Numbered from the stretch's first letter, positions 48,040-58,295 are shown. The stretch: 64,000 nucleotides of DNA from Candidatus Levyibacteriota bacterium (GCA_030651475.1 JAUSEW010000021.1:1898-65897); one strand, 5' to 3'. The notes: generated from the letters alone by a model not told the origin. Translations and numbers: made by a program.

Positions 48040-49203
48040 ATGCAGCTGCCAAATTTAAAAGACGCAAAAATTGAAGGGAAGAGGGTTTTGTTGCGGTTGG
48101 ATTTGGATGTTCCTGTCCAAAATGGCGTGATTAAAGACGATTCAAGATTGAAAGCTGGATTGCCGACTTTGGAATTTCTTTTGAAAAGTGGGGCAAAGGT
48201 AATTATCGCCGGACATTTGGGAAGACCAACTCCGTTGAATAATGAATCAAGAATCAAGAATCCCTTCGACTTCGTTCAGGGCAGGCAAGAATTAAGTTTA
48301 AAACCGGTAGCGCTGTGGTTTGCAAAAAAAATTAGTAACGTCCATAATTCATCATTCATAATTCATAATTCTAACCTCGGCGGGTTTGATGGGCGGAAAT
48401 TAACGAAAAATCTTTTTCTTCTGGAAAATTTAAGATTTTATAAAGGCGAAGAGGAAAATCCTTCGACAAATTCAGGACAAGTTTTTGCAAAAAAGTTAGC
48501 GGCTCTTGCGGATATTTATGTTAATGACGCATTCGCAGTTTCCCATAGAAATAATGCGTCAATCGTTGGGGTGACCAAATTTTTGCCTCATTTTGCCGGC
48601 TTTCAATTGCAAAAAGAAGTAGAAGTTTTGTCAGGAATTTTAGAAAATCCGAAGCGTCCGCTGGTAGTTATTATTGGAGGTGCAAAATTGGAAACAAAAC
48701 TTCCTTTAGTTGAAAAAATGCACCATATCGCAGATTACGTTTTAGTTGGCGGAAAATTAGCCGGAGATGTAAAAACATTGCTTAAGGTTCAACATGAGAA
48801 AATTAAAGGCAGAAAATCAGTATTGCTGGTTGCGGATTTAAATGAAGAGGGTATAGATATTACGCCAAAAAGTGCAGAAAATTTTTTGCAAATCATAAGT
48901 CTGGCTAAAACAGCGGTATGGAACGGGCCAATGGGAAAAATTTCAGACAGCAAATCAGAAATAATCAAAAGCGAAGAGGGGAGCAAGAAGTTGGCAGAAG
49001 GATTAATAAAAAGCAGTGCTTATACAGTTGTTGGCGGAGGAGATACGGTAGGATTTTTGGATAAAATTTGCCTGTTGGATAATTTTGCCTGTATGCCCAA
49101 AAACAGATGTTTCCTTTCAACAGGCGGAGGAGCCATGCTGGCATTTTTATCCGGTGAAACCCTCCCCGGCATAGAGGCGTTATTAAAAGTTACAGTGCGC
49201 TGA
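48040..49203 (+). CDS. pgk: Phosphoglycerate kinase
   Basis: ...KRVLLRLDLDVPV...AKVIIAGHLGRP...LLENLRF. Probable start MQLPNL at 48040. Confidence 0.9.
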   Translation: MQLPNLKDAKIEGKRVLLRLDLDVPVQNGVIKDDSRLKAGLPTLEFLLKSGAKVIIAGHLGRPTPLNNESRIKNPFDFVQGRQELSLKPVALWFAKKISNVHNSSFIIHNSNLGGFDGRKLTKNLFLLENLRFYKGEEENPSTNSGQVFAKKLAALADIYVNDAFAVSHRNNASIVGVTKFLPHFAGFQLQKEVEVLSGILENPKRPLVVIIGGAKLETKLPLVEKMHHIADYVLVGGKLAGDVKTLLKVQHEKIKGRKSVLLVADLNEEGIDITPKSAENFLQIISLAKTAVWNGPMGKISDSKSEIIKSEEGSKKLAEGLIKSSAYTVVGGGDTVGFLDKICLLDNFACMPKNRCFLSTGGGAMLAFLSGETLPGIEALLKVTVR

Positions 49204-49812
49204 CATTTCTGCGTCTGAAGGACGAGAAGATGGCAGATGTTGAGCCATAGGATGTTGAAGGGCTTGTTGAAAAGCGATGGTCCACTTGTCTGCATTTTCT
49301 ATAGTTACAACATCTTTAAATGTTGTTTTTGCACCCTCTATCATAAGTACTTTTTCAGAAGAATAGGATACCATTACAGTTTTCAGTGGTATCATATACT
49401 CTTCCCTATATAATCCAAATGAAGTAGTATCATTGTTTATCCAAATCCTTAAAGTTGGGTCCAAAGATCCATCCTCTCTTTGTCTAGGGTTGAATATTCC
49501 TCCTTGCCATTTTTGGTTAAGCGTTCCAAACCACAGCCTATTTACCTTTTCCTGATCCATATATGTCGTAATTCCTGGTTTTGATTGTTTTGGTGTTTCT
49601 CTGCTTACTTGTGGTTTTTTAGGCATTTCAATGGGCAGAATTTTATCTGGTTCAATCATTTTATCAATCATATCGATTACTCCGATTGCCCTAAGATCTT
49701 CGAATAATCCTTGCTGTATCTTAAGCGCAGCGGGAAGTTCTTGTATATACAATTGTTCGCGAGCTAGTGTTGTTGGATCTTGTGGTGGTCGTTCTCCCTC
49801 AATTTTTTTCAT
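49183..49812 (-). CDS. Hypothetical protein (209 aa)
   Basis: ORF convergent with pgk and overlapping its last 21 bp. I recognise no motif. Confidence 0.4.
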   Translation of the reverse strand: MKKIEGERPPQDPTTLAREQLYIQELPAALKIQQGLFEDLRAIGVIDMIDKMIEPDKILPIEMPKKPQVSRETPKQSKPGITTYMDQEKVNRLWFGTLNQKWQGGIFNPRQREDGSLDPTLRIWINNDTTSFGLYREEYMIPLKTVMVSYSSEKVLMIEGAKTTFKDVVTIENADKWTIAFQQALQHPMAQHLPSSRPSDAEMSAHCNF

Positions 49813-49908
49813 ACGTCGATTATACAGCGCTGTTTCTTCTTGTCAAGCAACAAAATCAAATTAAAAATTTCCCCTTGATGAATTTTAGTTCAATGGTATA
49901 CTAATAGT

Positions 49909-50934
49909 ATGATAAGGGTTGCGATTAATGGCTACGGAAGAATAGGAAGAGTGGCCCATAGGGTTATTTTGGAAAAATATGCATCCGAAATTGAAGTAGT
50001 TGCGATAAACGCCGGTTCCTCAACAGATGCAAAAGGCTGGAGCTATCTTCTCAAATACGATACGGTGTACGGTCATTTGGATTCAAAATTCAAAGTTGCC
50101 AGTTCAGAGGCGGCAATCATCATCAACGGCAAACAGATTCCGCTTTTTTCCCAGAAAGATCCTACTCTTTTGCCATGGCGCGATTTAAATGTTGATGTTG
50201 TTATTGAATCAACAGGACATTTTACCACTGAAGAAAAATTAAAAGCCCATTTAACAGCCGGTGCCAAGAAGGTAGTTTTATCAGCGCCAATTAAGGAGGG
50301 AGATGTTGCAACCTACGTTTTATCAGTCAACGACAAGGACTATAAAGGCGAAAATCTTATCAACAATGCTTCCTGCACGACAAATTGTATAACTCCGGTT
50401 GCCAAAATTATGCTGGATAATTTTGGCATTGAAAAAGCAATGATGACAACAATTCACGGATATACTTCTGATCAAAGGCTTCAGGACGGAGGACATAAAG
50501 ATTACAGGCGCGCCAGAGCTGCGGGACAAAATATAGTTCCGACCTCAACCGGCGCAACTATTGCCGCCGGAAAAGCCTTGCCAAAACTTGAAGGAATATT
50601 CAGCGGTTTGGCAATTAGAGTTCCGGTTGCTATTGGATCTTTGTCGGACTTTACCTTCCTTCTTTCCAAAAACACCACGAAAGAAGAGATAAATGAAGTT
50701 TTCAAAAAAGAAGCGGAAAATCCAATATACAAAGGTATTGTTGAAATAACAGAAGATCCGATTGTGTCAAGCGATATTATTGGCAATTCCCATTCGGCAA
50801 TAGTTGATTTGTCTTTAACTCAAGTTGTCTCTGGAAATTTGGTAAAAGTAATTGCTTGGTATGACAATGAATATGGTTATGCCAATAGATTAGTTGAGGA
50901 AGTAATAATGGTTGGTTCTGCAAAGCAGAATTAA
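49909..50934 (+). CDS. gap: Glyceraldehyde-3-phosphate dehydrogenase
   Basis: MIRVAINGYGRIGR NAD-binding fold and ASCTTNC catalytic Cys motif. Confidence 0.9.
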   Translation: MIRVAINGYGRIGRVAHRVILEKYASEIEVVAINAGSSTDAKGWSYLLKYDTVYGHLDSKFKVASSEAAIIINGKQIPLFSQKDPTLLPWRDLNVDVVIESTGHFTTEEKLKAHLTAGAKKVVLSAPIKEGDVATYVLSVNDKDYKGENLINNASCTTNCITPVAKIMLDNFGIEKAMMTTIHGYTSDQRLQDGGHKDYRRARAAGQNIVPTSTGATIAAGKALPKLEGIFSGLAIRVPVAIGSLSDFTFLLSKNTTKEEINEVFKKEAENPIYKGIVEITEDPIVSSDIIGNSHSAIVDLSLTQVVSGNLVKVIAWYDNEYGYANRLVEEVIMVGSAKQN

Positions 50935-50947
50935 GTCATTTAAGATT

Positions 50948-51532
50948 ATGGAAAAACAGGCAGAGCTTACGAATATCAAAAATATTACTGTTTCAGGGAA
51001 AATTGGTGCGGGCGCAACATCTTTGGCCAAGGGTTTATCTAAAGTTTTGGGTTGGGATTTTTTGGAAGGCGGAGATTTATTTGAAAAGATTCATAAGGAA
51101 CTAAAACTTAGTCAGGCAATGGTTAATAGCAGGCCGGACCATTTCGATCTTGAATATGAAAAAAAAGTTAAAAGCATGCTTAAAAATGAGAACAAGCATA
51201 TTATCCAAAGCCATCTCGCAGGATTTGATGCCCAAGGTATAGATGGAGTATTTAAAATACTGGTTATATGTGAGGATAGCCACGGAAACGATAAAGAAGA
51301 TATTCGCATAGACCGCTTAATTAATAGGGATAAAATTTCGATTGAAGAGGCGAAAGAAGAGGTTTTGGAAAGAGAAAAGCAACATTTGGAAAAATTCAGA
51401 AGACTTTATGTAAACAATGATCAGAACTGGGTTTATTGGGATAAAAAATATTATGATTTAGTAGTCAATACTTACGATCATAATCAAGACGAAACCCTAA
51501 AACTCGCCCTGGAGACAATAGGATATAAGTAG
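50948..51532 (+). CDS. P-loop nucleoside-monophosphate kinase-like protein (archaeal-type cytidylate kinase-like)
   Basis: ITVSGKIGAGATSLAKGLSKVLGW resembles the N-terminus of COG1102-type (d)CMP kinases. Start chosen at ATG 50948 to avoid overlap with gap. Confidence 0.5.
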   Translation: MEKQAELTNIKNITVSGKIGAGATSLAKGLSKVLGWDFLEGGDLFEKIHKELKLSQAMVNSRPDHFDLEYEKKVKSMLKNENKHIIQSHLAGFDAQGIDGVFKILVICEDSHGNDKEDIRIDRLINRDKISIEEAKEEVLEREKQHLEKFRRLYVNNDQNWVYWDKKYYDLVVNTYDHNQDETLKLALETIGYK

Positions 51533-51537
51533 TTTTA

Positions 51538-52638
51538 CTAGGAGCTCTTTCCGGATTGTTCTAAAAGAGCCTGTACTTCTTCGGGGTGAAGATCTGCCAC
51601 TGCCAATTTTGCTTTCTTTATTTCATTCTCTCTTTTTCCCTCAATAAAATACTTAATTATCTCATCTCTTATTTCAGGAGTGGCTGACGCTATAAAAAAT
51701 TGTACGTCTTCCTTATTTTTGTTGCGGGTTGGATCAAAGTTATACTCCTCATATGCTCCGGTTTCGGGATCTACACTAACTATTGTACATCCTGCTGTTT
51801 TTGCGAGAGCAAGTCCTGGATCTATTTCCGTACGAGGTTCTTTAAGCATAATATAGGCATCTATTTTCCCTGCTGCAAGAAGAGCATAAATAAACGCTCC
51901 TCCTTCTGGGTAAATCATTGTTTTCCTTTGGAGAGATTCGATCAGTTTAGGGAAACTGCGGAAAAAAGGCAGATTATATTCGTTCTCTCCTAAGAAAGTT
52001 GCTAACGTTGCGTTTGGGTCACTTAAAGTTTTTCGTTGAGAGCGAGTGATTTCCTCTGTTTTTACAGTCTTTGCTATTAGTCTTTTTTCCTGAGTTTTTT
52101 CATCTGTTTCTTCAACGATTTCATAAGTAACGAGAGTATTTTTTCCTTCAAGGCTCATATATGCTTTTTTTGCTTTTATATCAATTACGACTCCTCCTAT
52201 CGGTTTCCCATCTTCGTGATAAGCACTGAGTACGCTAAAAACAGAAGTGGGTAAATCTCTCTTATGTTGAGAAGTGTTGTCAAAAGGATCATGTGCAAAT
52301 ATTACTTTGTTTTTATGACCATTTGCGACATGAGTCTCGTTATGTTCGCCTAAGATAATAGCGGGTAATTCATTTTCTCTTATGGTATTCGTAAGTCTTT
52401 CTTGGCCAACAGCATCGATAAGAAGTTGTTGTTCTCCAGGTCTACCTGGGACAGGACCCAATTCTTGCTTTCCTCCTCGATCCAGTACCATTTGATGAAG
52501 AATTGGAAGAACCTTTTCGACATATTGAGTCAAAACAAGAGTTGCTTTTTTTGCAAGCTCTAATTCGGATAACTCTTTTGGTATATTTATTCCTAATTCG
52601 CCTTGTGATGGGCGAGGGCCTTCATTAAGATTAGTCAT
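51538..52638 (-). CDS. FBPase/IMPase-superfamily sugar phosphatase candidate
   Basis: FAHDPFDNTSQH resembles the DP(I/L)DGT metal-binding motif of the inositol-monophosphatase/FBPase family. It lies in a glycolytic neighbourhood (pgk, gap). Assignment is tentative. Confidence 0.45.
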   Translation of the reverse strand: MTNLNEGPRPSQGELGINIPKELSELELAKKATLVLTQYVEKVLPILHQMVLDRGGKQELGPVPGRPGEQQLLIDAVGQERLTNTIRENELPAIILGEHNETHVANGHKNKVIFAHDPFDNTSQHKRDLPTSVFSVLSAYHEDGKPIGGVVIDIKAKKAYMSLEGKNTLVTYEIVEETDEKTQEKRLIAKTVKTEEITRSQRKTLSDPNATLATFLGENEYNLPFFRSFPKLIESLQRKTMIYPEGGAFIYALLAAGKIDAYIMLKEPRTEIDPGLALAKTAGCTIVSVDPETGAYEEYNFDPTRNKNKEDVQFFIASATPEIRDEIIKYFIEGKRENEIKKAKLAVADLHPEEVQALLEQSGKSS

Positions 52639-52751
52639 AATACTTTATCTTTCTATACTTATACTAATTATAGTATACGGGTATTTTGGCAAAATACTAT
52701 AACATATTGCTTGATATTTAGCAAGTTTGGTGGTAAAGTAAAGGCGATTAC

Positions 52752-53363
52752 ATGTCTTTAAAAAATACTTTAAATTATCTTCAATTCTTCAAGGAGGTTG
52801 GAAAGTCAAAAAGACTACCTCGTAGCGGATGGGTTAGGGAGAGAATCAAAGATCCGGAAAGTGTTGCGGAGCATTCATTTAGGATTGGAGCTTTGGTAAT
52901 GGTTTTATCCGATAAATTCGGATACAAACTTGACAAAGAAAAATTATTAAAAATGGCTCTTCTTGTTGCTTTAGGAGAACTTGCGACTGGAGACGTTGTT
53001 ACAGGGCGTGGAGAGTATATTGATATCAAAAAAAGAGATGAAATGGAACGGCAAGAAAGAGGAGGTATAAAGGAGATGTTCGATAAGATAGGAGATAGCG
53101 AAGAATATAGTGCTATTTATGATGAAATGATAGGTAGAGTTACACCAGAGGCAAAAGCATTTTGGCAATTAGATAGAATCGAAATGGCTTTACAAGCCCT
53201 TGAATATGAAGAAGAGCAGGGAAAAAAATTGGAAGAGTTTTTTATAAACACAAGTTTATACTTAAAAGAACCTTTATTGAAAGAAATCCTTGGAAAAATT
53301 ATGAGAAGCAGAAAAAAAGAATATCAAAAAAGTTTGCGAGAAAAGTTGGAGGGTAAAATATGA
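52752..53363 (+). CDS. HD-domain phosphohydrolase (YfbR-like 5'-deoxynucleotidase family)
   Basis: ESVAEHSFRIGALVMVL...LVALGELATGDV (H...HD...D pattern). Confidence 0.7.
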   Translation: MSLKNTLNYLQFFKEVGKSKRLPRSGWVRERIKDPESVAEHSFRIGALVMVLSDKFGYKLDKEKLLKMALLVALGELATGDVVTGRGEYIDIKKRDEMERQERGGIKEMFDKIGDSEEYSAIYDEMIGRVTPEAKAFWQLDRIEMALQALEYEEEQGKKLEEFFINTSLYLKEPLLKEILGKIMRSRKKEYQKSLREKLEGKI

Positions 53364-54622
53364 AAGTAGCTGATGTAATGGCGCGACACGTTGAATTTGT
53401 ATCTGTAGATACGAAAGTTAAAGATGTGGTAACGCTTATTTTTGGACGCGGTATCAACGGACTTCCTGTTTGCAAAGACAGAAAAGTTGTAGGTTTTATC
53501 ACAGAACGCGATATTCTTGCTCAATTTTATCCCTCAATGCAGGATTACGTAGAAGATCCATTTCGATCAGCTGATTTTGAAAATATGGAGAAAAAAGTTG
53601 ATGAGATCTTCGAGATGACTGCAGAAAAGATAATGAGTAAAAATGTTACGACTGTAACAGAAGATACGCCTCTTTTGAGAGCCCAGTCGTTGATGTTTAT
53701 AGAAAAAGTTGGAAGACTTCCTGTAGTAAATGACAAAGGCAAATTGATCGGTATTATTTCTAAAGGAGATATCTTTAAAGCAGTAGTTGGAGACAGGATA
53801 TTTTTTACAGAAGATAAAGATTATAACGATTGGCTTTCAAAAACCTATTATCGGGCAGTTGATACTAAAGATAGACTAGAGCACGAGATGCCGGATCTTT
53901 TGAAGATTTTTTCTCAAAACCACGTAGCAAAAATCCTGGATATTGGTTGTGGGACAGGAGATCATGCAATAGAACTTGCCAAGAAGGGATTTACGGTAAT
54001 AGGTACTGATAGGAGTTTGGAAATGGTAAAAGAAGCAAACAGAAGAAAGCAAGTTCTTTCGGAAGAAACAAGAGCAAGAGTCAAATTTTTTTATGGAGAA
54101 ACAGAAGCGATCCTGGAAAAATTAAACATCAATTTCGATGTAGTACTTTTTATGGGCAATACAATTTCTCATAATCCATACAACATTAAGGATTTAATAA
54201 AACACGTTTCAAGTTATCTTACGCAAAGAGGAATAATGATACTTCAGATTACAAATTTCGAAAAAGTAATCAAAGTTCATGAAAGACTTCTAAGCTTTAA
54301 ATTTGCGAAGTTAGAAGATGGCATAGAACACGAATACGCTTTCTTGGAATTCTATGATCCGCCAAATATGCAAGAAAAAACCATACTTAAAACATTTGGG
54401 ATATTAAGATCTGATGTTAAAAGGTGGAAATGGTTGGGAATTAGAAATAGCATTTTGGCTTATACGGATGAAGAAATTATGACAAATATTCTAAAGAAAA
54501 ACGATTTCAAAAAAATAAGTTTTTACGGAGGAGTTTTTGATGGAAGAAAATGGGATTATCTTTTCAGAAAGCCATTTAAGCCTTTGGAAAGCGATTGGCT
54601 AAATGTGGTAGCGGTAAAATAA
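53360..54622 (+). CDS. Tandem CBS domains fused to a class I SAM-dependent methyltransferase
   Basis: Two CBS repeats (VADVMARHVEFVS..., ...AEKIMSKNVTTVTEDTPL...) followed by ILDIGCGTGDHAIELAKKGFTVIGTD (SAM-binding GxGxG) and a downstream methyltransferase fold. Confidence 0.7.
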   Translation: MKVADVMARHVEFVSVDTKVKDVVTLIFGRGINGLPVCKDRKVVGFITERDILAQFYPSMQDYVEDPFRSADFENMEKKVDEIFEMTAEKIMSKNVTTVTEDTPLLRAQSLMFIEKVGRLPVVNDKGKLIGIISKGDIFKAVVGDRIFFTEDKDYNDWLSKTYYRAVDTKDRLEHEMPDLLKIFSQNHVAKILDIGCGTGDHAIELAKKGFTVIGTDRSLEMVKEANRRKQVLSEETRARVKFFYGETEAILEKLNINFDVVLFMGNTISHNPYNIKDLIKHVSSYLTQRGIMILQITNFEKVIKVHERLLSFKFAKLEDGIEHEYAFLEFYDPPNMQEKTILKTFGILRSDVKRWKWLGIRNSILAYTDEEIMTNILKKNDFKKISFYGGVFDGRKWDYLFRKPFKPLESDWLNVVAVK

Positions 54623-54632
54623 AATATACAAT

Positions 54633-55193
54633 ATGAAATTAAGAATCTTTATTGCTATAATCATAATTTTTATATTTTTTCCTCAAGTTGTTTTTGCGGA
54701 AACAATGTCTCTTAAGGAAATTCCATTATCTCCAAGTCCTAAGCAAGCTATCGGTTATGAGCTCGCATATCCTGGTCTTTTGCCGGACAGTCCTTTATAT
54801 TTCCTAAAAGTTGCTCGCGATAAGGCAATTAGTTTATTAACATCAGATCCTCTTAAAAAAGCGGAATTTGATTTATTAACTTCTGATAAGCGATTGAACT
54901 CCGCAGTCTATCTCTTCAAAAAAGGAGCAAATAAGTATGTTTTGGCAGAACAAACTATTTCAAAAGGGGAGAACTATTTTGAGGACGCAATAAAACAAGT
55001 AGAGCTTGCCAAAACACAAGGATTGTCGGTTTCGGATACCTTGTCAAATCTTTATTTAGCGTCGCAAAAACATGAGGAAGTAATAAAATCTTTGGTAAAC
55101 CAAACATCAGGGGGAATTAAAGACAATCTAATTATAGATGAAAAAAGAGTACAGGGTTTGCAGCAAAAGGTTAATGCGTTAATGTCTAAATAA
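54633..55193 (+). CDS. Secreted hypothetical protein with signal peptide
   Basis: MKLRIFIAIIIIFIFFPQVVFA signal peptide, then a helical 160-aa region. Confidence 0.45.
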   Translation: MKLRIFIAIIIIFIFFPQVVFAETMSLKEIPLSPSPKQAIGYELAYPGLLPDSPLYFLKVARDKAISLLTSDPLKKAEFDLLTSDKRLNSAVYLFKKGANKYVLAEQTISKGENYFEDAIKQVELAKTQGLSVSDTLSNLYLASQKHEEVIKSLVNQTSGGIKDNLIIDEKRVQGLQQKVNALMSK

Positions 55194-55352
55194 TAAGAGA
55201 AACTCCTTTGTTTGAGAATATTTTTTCTTCTTAAGTTTTAAGCAGACCCATTTCACAAAAACCATTTTAGGTATTATCTATTTTTGAGGTCGAAAGAATA
55301 ATGAAACGAGGCTAACGAAAAAGATGACTGTTTTTGATATAGAAATTGATAG

Positions 55353-55404
55353 TTGACACGATAGATTTAGCGTTCTAATATTGCTTTAGCACTATCAGTA
55401 GCGC
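55353..55404 (+). promoter_or_regulatory. Candidate nrdR promoter (TTGACA-17-TAATAT) with two NrdR-box-like palindromic 16-mers ~33 bp apart
   Basis: TTGACA at 55353-55358 and TAATAT at 55376-55381. Box-like sequences ACACGATAGATTTAGCGT (55356-55373) and GCACTATCAGTAGCGC (55389-55404) partially match the NrdR box consensus acaCwAtATaTwGtgt. Confidence 0.35.
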
Positions 55405-55427
55405 TGGGAACCTTTAAAACGAAGCTT

Positions 55428-55877
55428 ATGAAATGTCCTTATTGCGGGTCAAAAGACTCGGAAGTGGTTGAAACCAGAGACAGCGAAGACTTAGATACTA
55501 TAAGAAGAAGAAGGGAATGTCTGAAGTGCGAAAAACGATTTACCACATACGAAAGAGTAGAAAATGCCAATTTAATAGTAATAAAAAAAGACGGAAAACG
55601 AGAGCAATTTAATAGAGATAAATTAAAAAACGGAATAATCAGATCATGCGAAAAGACAACGGTTTCTTTAGAGACAATAGATAAACTGGTTACGGATATA
55701 GAAAGAGAATTGCGCGGTGAAGATTCAGTAGAAATCGAAAGTAAAAAAATCGGACAAATGGTAGCGGCAAGACTAAAAAAGCTTGACAAGGTTGCATATA
55801 TTAGATTTTCAAGTGTATTTAAAAGATTTGTTGACATAGAAGATTTTGAAGAAGAAGTTAAAAAATTACTAAAATAA
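55428..55877 (+). CDS. nrdR: Transcriptional repressor NrdR
   Basis: MKCPYCGSKDSEVVETRDSEDLDTIRRRRECLKCEKRFTTYERVE (zinc ribbon) plus a downstream ATP-cone. Confidence 0.9.
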   Translation: MKCPYCGSKDSEVVETRDSEDLDTIRRRRECLKCEKRFTTYERVENANLIVIKKDGKREQFNRDKLKNGIIRSCEKTTVSLETIDKLVTDIERELRGEDSVEIESKKIGQMVAARLKKLDKVAYIRFSSVFKRFVDIEDFEEEVKKLLK

Positions 55878-55880
55878 ATT

Positions 55881-58295
55881 ATGAAACTTGATGGAATAAG
55901 AGAAAAAGTTTTTTTAGATAGATATGCCCTAAAAGGCGTAAAGGGAGAGCTTTTGGAGCATACTCCGGAGGAAATGTGGAAAAGAGTTGCGTGGGGTATT
56001 GCCAAAAACGAAAAGCCAAGGAATAGAAAAATTTGGGAAAAAAGATTTTACGGCGCTATGGAAGACTTTAAGTTTGTTCCAGGCGGCCGCATACTTTCAG
56101 GTGCGGGTACAAATTATCAAGTAACCTACTTTAACTGTTTCGTTATTCCGTCCCCGAAAGATTCAAGGGAAGGAATTTTGGATTCTTTAAAGCAATTAGT
56201 TGAAATTCAGTCAAGATCCGGAGGAGTAGGGTTGAATCTTTCATCTCTAAGACCAAGAGGCGCCAGAGTTAAGAAAGTTAACGGCACATCATCAGGTCCA
56301 ATTACTTGGGCAGGACTTTTTTCTTACGCCACGCATGACGTGGTTCAGCAGGGAGGAACCAGACGCGGCGCAACAATGCTGATGCTTTGGGACTGGCATC
56401 CTGACATAGAGGAATTTATCACAGTTAAACAGGATCTTTCCAAAATTAACGGCGCTAATCTTTCGGTTTGTATCTCCGATGCTTTCATGGAAGCTGTTAA
56501 AAAAGATAAAGATTGGAATCTTATTTTCCCGGATTTGGATGATCCAAAATACGACACCAAATGGAACGGGGAAATAGATGATTGGAAGAAAATTGGCGGG
56601 AAAACAAAAGTTCACAAAACTATCAAAGCGCGGTATCTTTGGAATTTAATTTGTGAAGCCGCCTGGCGTTCTGCCGAACCGGGATTACACTTTTTGGACA
56701 GAAGCAATAAAAGAAGCAACACCTGGTATTTTGAAAAATTAATAGCGACAAATCCCTGCGGAGAACAGCCTCTTGGGGCCTGGGCAGTCTGTAATCTTGG
56801 GGCAATGAATTTGGCAGCTTATGTTAAAAATGGAAAATTTGACTACGAAAGTTTTGGAAAAGACGTCAGGGTAGCAATGAGATTTATGGATAATGTTATC
56901 GATCAAACCTATTATTTCTACAAAGAAAATGAAAAAGTTGCAAAAGATATACGCCGCACCGGTCTTGGCATTATGGGTTTGGGAGACGCTCTTATCAAAA
57001 TGAAAGTTCGTTACGGATCAAAAGAGGGAATGCCAATTGTTGATAAAATTTTCAAAACCTTAAGGGATAATGCGTATGAAGCATCAGCTGATATCGCGAA
57101 AGAGAAGGGTGCATTTCCTAAATTTAACAAAGCAAAATATTTGGAAGGGTATCATATTAAAAGACTGCCAAAAGATTTGCAGAAAAAAATTGCCAAACAA
57201 GGGATAAGGAATGCAGTCCTTCTTACAATCGCTCCTACAGGAACAACTTCATTGGTTGTAGGAGTTACTTCGGGCATAGAACCTGTTTATGAATTCACTT
57301 TTATAAGAAAAGATAGAACAGGTGAGCATATAATGTACCATCCTCTTTTTGAACAATGGAAAAAGGAGAATCCCAAGGCAGAAAAGCCGGAATATTATGT
57401 CAGCGCCAATGATCTAACTCCTCTCGAACATGCGAACGTCCAGGCAGTTGCCCAGGAATATATAGATGCCTCAATTTCAAAGACTGTTAATGCGCCAAAT
57501 TCCCACACAATTGAAGACGTAAAAACGCTTTATATGGCAGCATACGATTTGGGTCTTAAGGGAGTTACCTACATGAGGGAAGGTTCCAGGGAAGGAGTTT
57601 TATCCAGAATAGAAGAAAAGCCAAAAGAGGTAATAAAACCGAAAGAAGTGGTATTTAAAGAACCTGTAACACCTCGCCCAATGCAGCTTGAAGGAGTAAC
57701 TTATCAGGTTGAAAGCCCGGTTGGTAAGACTTATATTACAATTAACCGAAATCAAAACGGAGAACCATTTGAGGTGTTTTTGACTATTGGAAAAAGCGGT
57801 TCTGATGTTGCAGCTATGGCTGATGCTCTTGGCAGAATGATCTCTCTAAATCTTAGGCTTTCCGGCGGCTTATCCCCGAGAGAGAAGATGAAGCAGGTTG
57901 TTGCACAGCTTGTAGGGATTGGCGGAGCAAGAAGCATTGGTTTTGGCAAAGATAAAGTGCGTTCTCTTCCGGATGCGGTTGCGAAAGTTTTGGCAATGCA
58001 TTACGGATTTGCTGTAAATGGAAATGTGGTAGATAAAGTAGTTTTGAGCAATGGAAACGGACACACTTTGGGTAATGGTAATGGAACAAACGGCAGCGGT
58101 AGGAAAATAGAACAAACTGAAGAATATATAGATGTTGTAAAACTGCAGCAACTAGCGCTGGTCGGAGGAGCAACTGGCGTAATGAATGATCCTGTAACTG
58201 GGCTTTATGATATTTGTCCTGATTGCGGAAGCGGAAGTTTGGCATATGAAGAAGGCTGCAGGAAATGCTATAGCTGCGGCTACTCCGAATGCTAG
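55881..58295 (+). CDS. nrdJ: Class II (adenosylcobalamin-dependent) ribonucleotide reductase
   Basis: 804 aa. ...FVPGGRILSGAGT...NPCGEQPL...active-site Cys loops are typical of NrdJ. C-terminal zinc ribbon CPDCGSGSLAYEEGCRKCYSCGYSEC. Confidence 0.85.
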   Translation: MKLDGIREKVFLDRYALKGVKGELLEHTPEEMWKRVAWGIAKNEKPRNRKIWEKRFYGAMEDFKFVPGGRILSGAGTNYQVTYFNCFVIPSPKDSREGILDSLKQLVEIQSRSGGVGLNLSSLRPRGARVKKVNGTSSGPITWAGLFSYATHDVVQQGGTRRGATMLMLWDWHPDIEEFITVKQDLSKINGANLSVCISDAFMEAVKKDKDWNLIFPDLDDPKYDTKWNGEIDDWKKIGGKTKVHKTIKARYLWNLICEAAWRSAEPGLHFLDRSNKRSNTWYFEKLIATNPCGEQPLGAWAVCNLGAMNLAAYVKNGKFDYESFGKDVRVAMRFMDNVIDQTYYFYKENEKVAKDIRRTGLGIMGLGDALIKMKVRYGSKEGMPIVDKIFKTLRDNAYEASADIAKEKGAFPKFNKAKYLEGYHIKRLPKDLQKKIAKQGIRNAVLLTIAPTGTTSLVVGVTSGIEPVYEFTFIRKDRTGEHIMYHPLFEQWKKENPKAEKPEYYVSANDLTPLEHANVQAVAQEYIDASISKTVNAPNSHTIEDVKTLYMAAYDLGLKGVTYMREGSREGVLSRIEEKPKEVIKPKEVVFKEPVTPRPMQLEGVTYQVESPVGKTYITINRNQNGEPFEVFLTIGKSGSDVAAMADALGRMISLNLRLSGGLSPREKMKQVVAQLVGIGGARSIGFGKDKVRSLPDAVAKVLAMHYGFAVNGNVVDKVVLSNGNGHTLGNGNGTNGSGRKIEQTEEYIDVVKLQQLALVGGATGVMNDPVTGLYDICPDCGSGSLAYEEGCRKCYSCGYSEC

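Noticed and set aside
47989-48067. N-terminal extensions of def (to 48067), of pgk (to 48025) and of the P-type ATPase (to 36178) in the ORF track
   Set aside because: The extensions create gene-gene overlaps and non-canonical N-termini. Internal ATGs give proteins matching family-typical N-termini.
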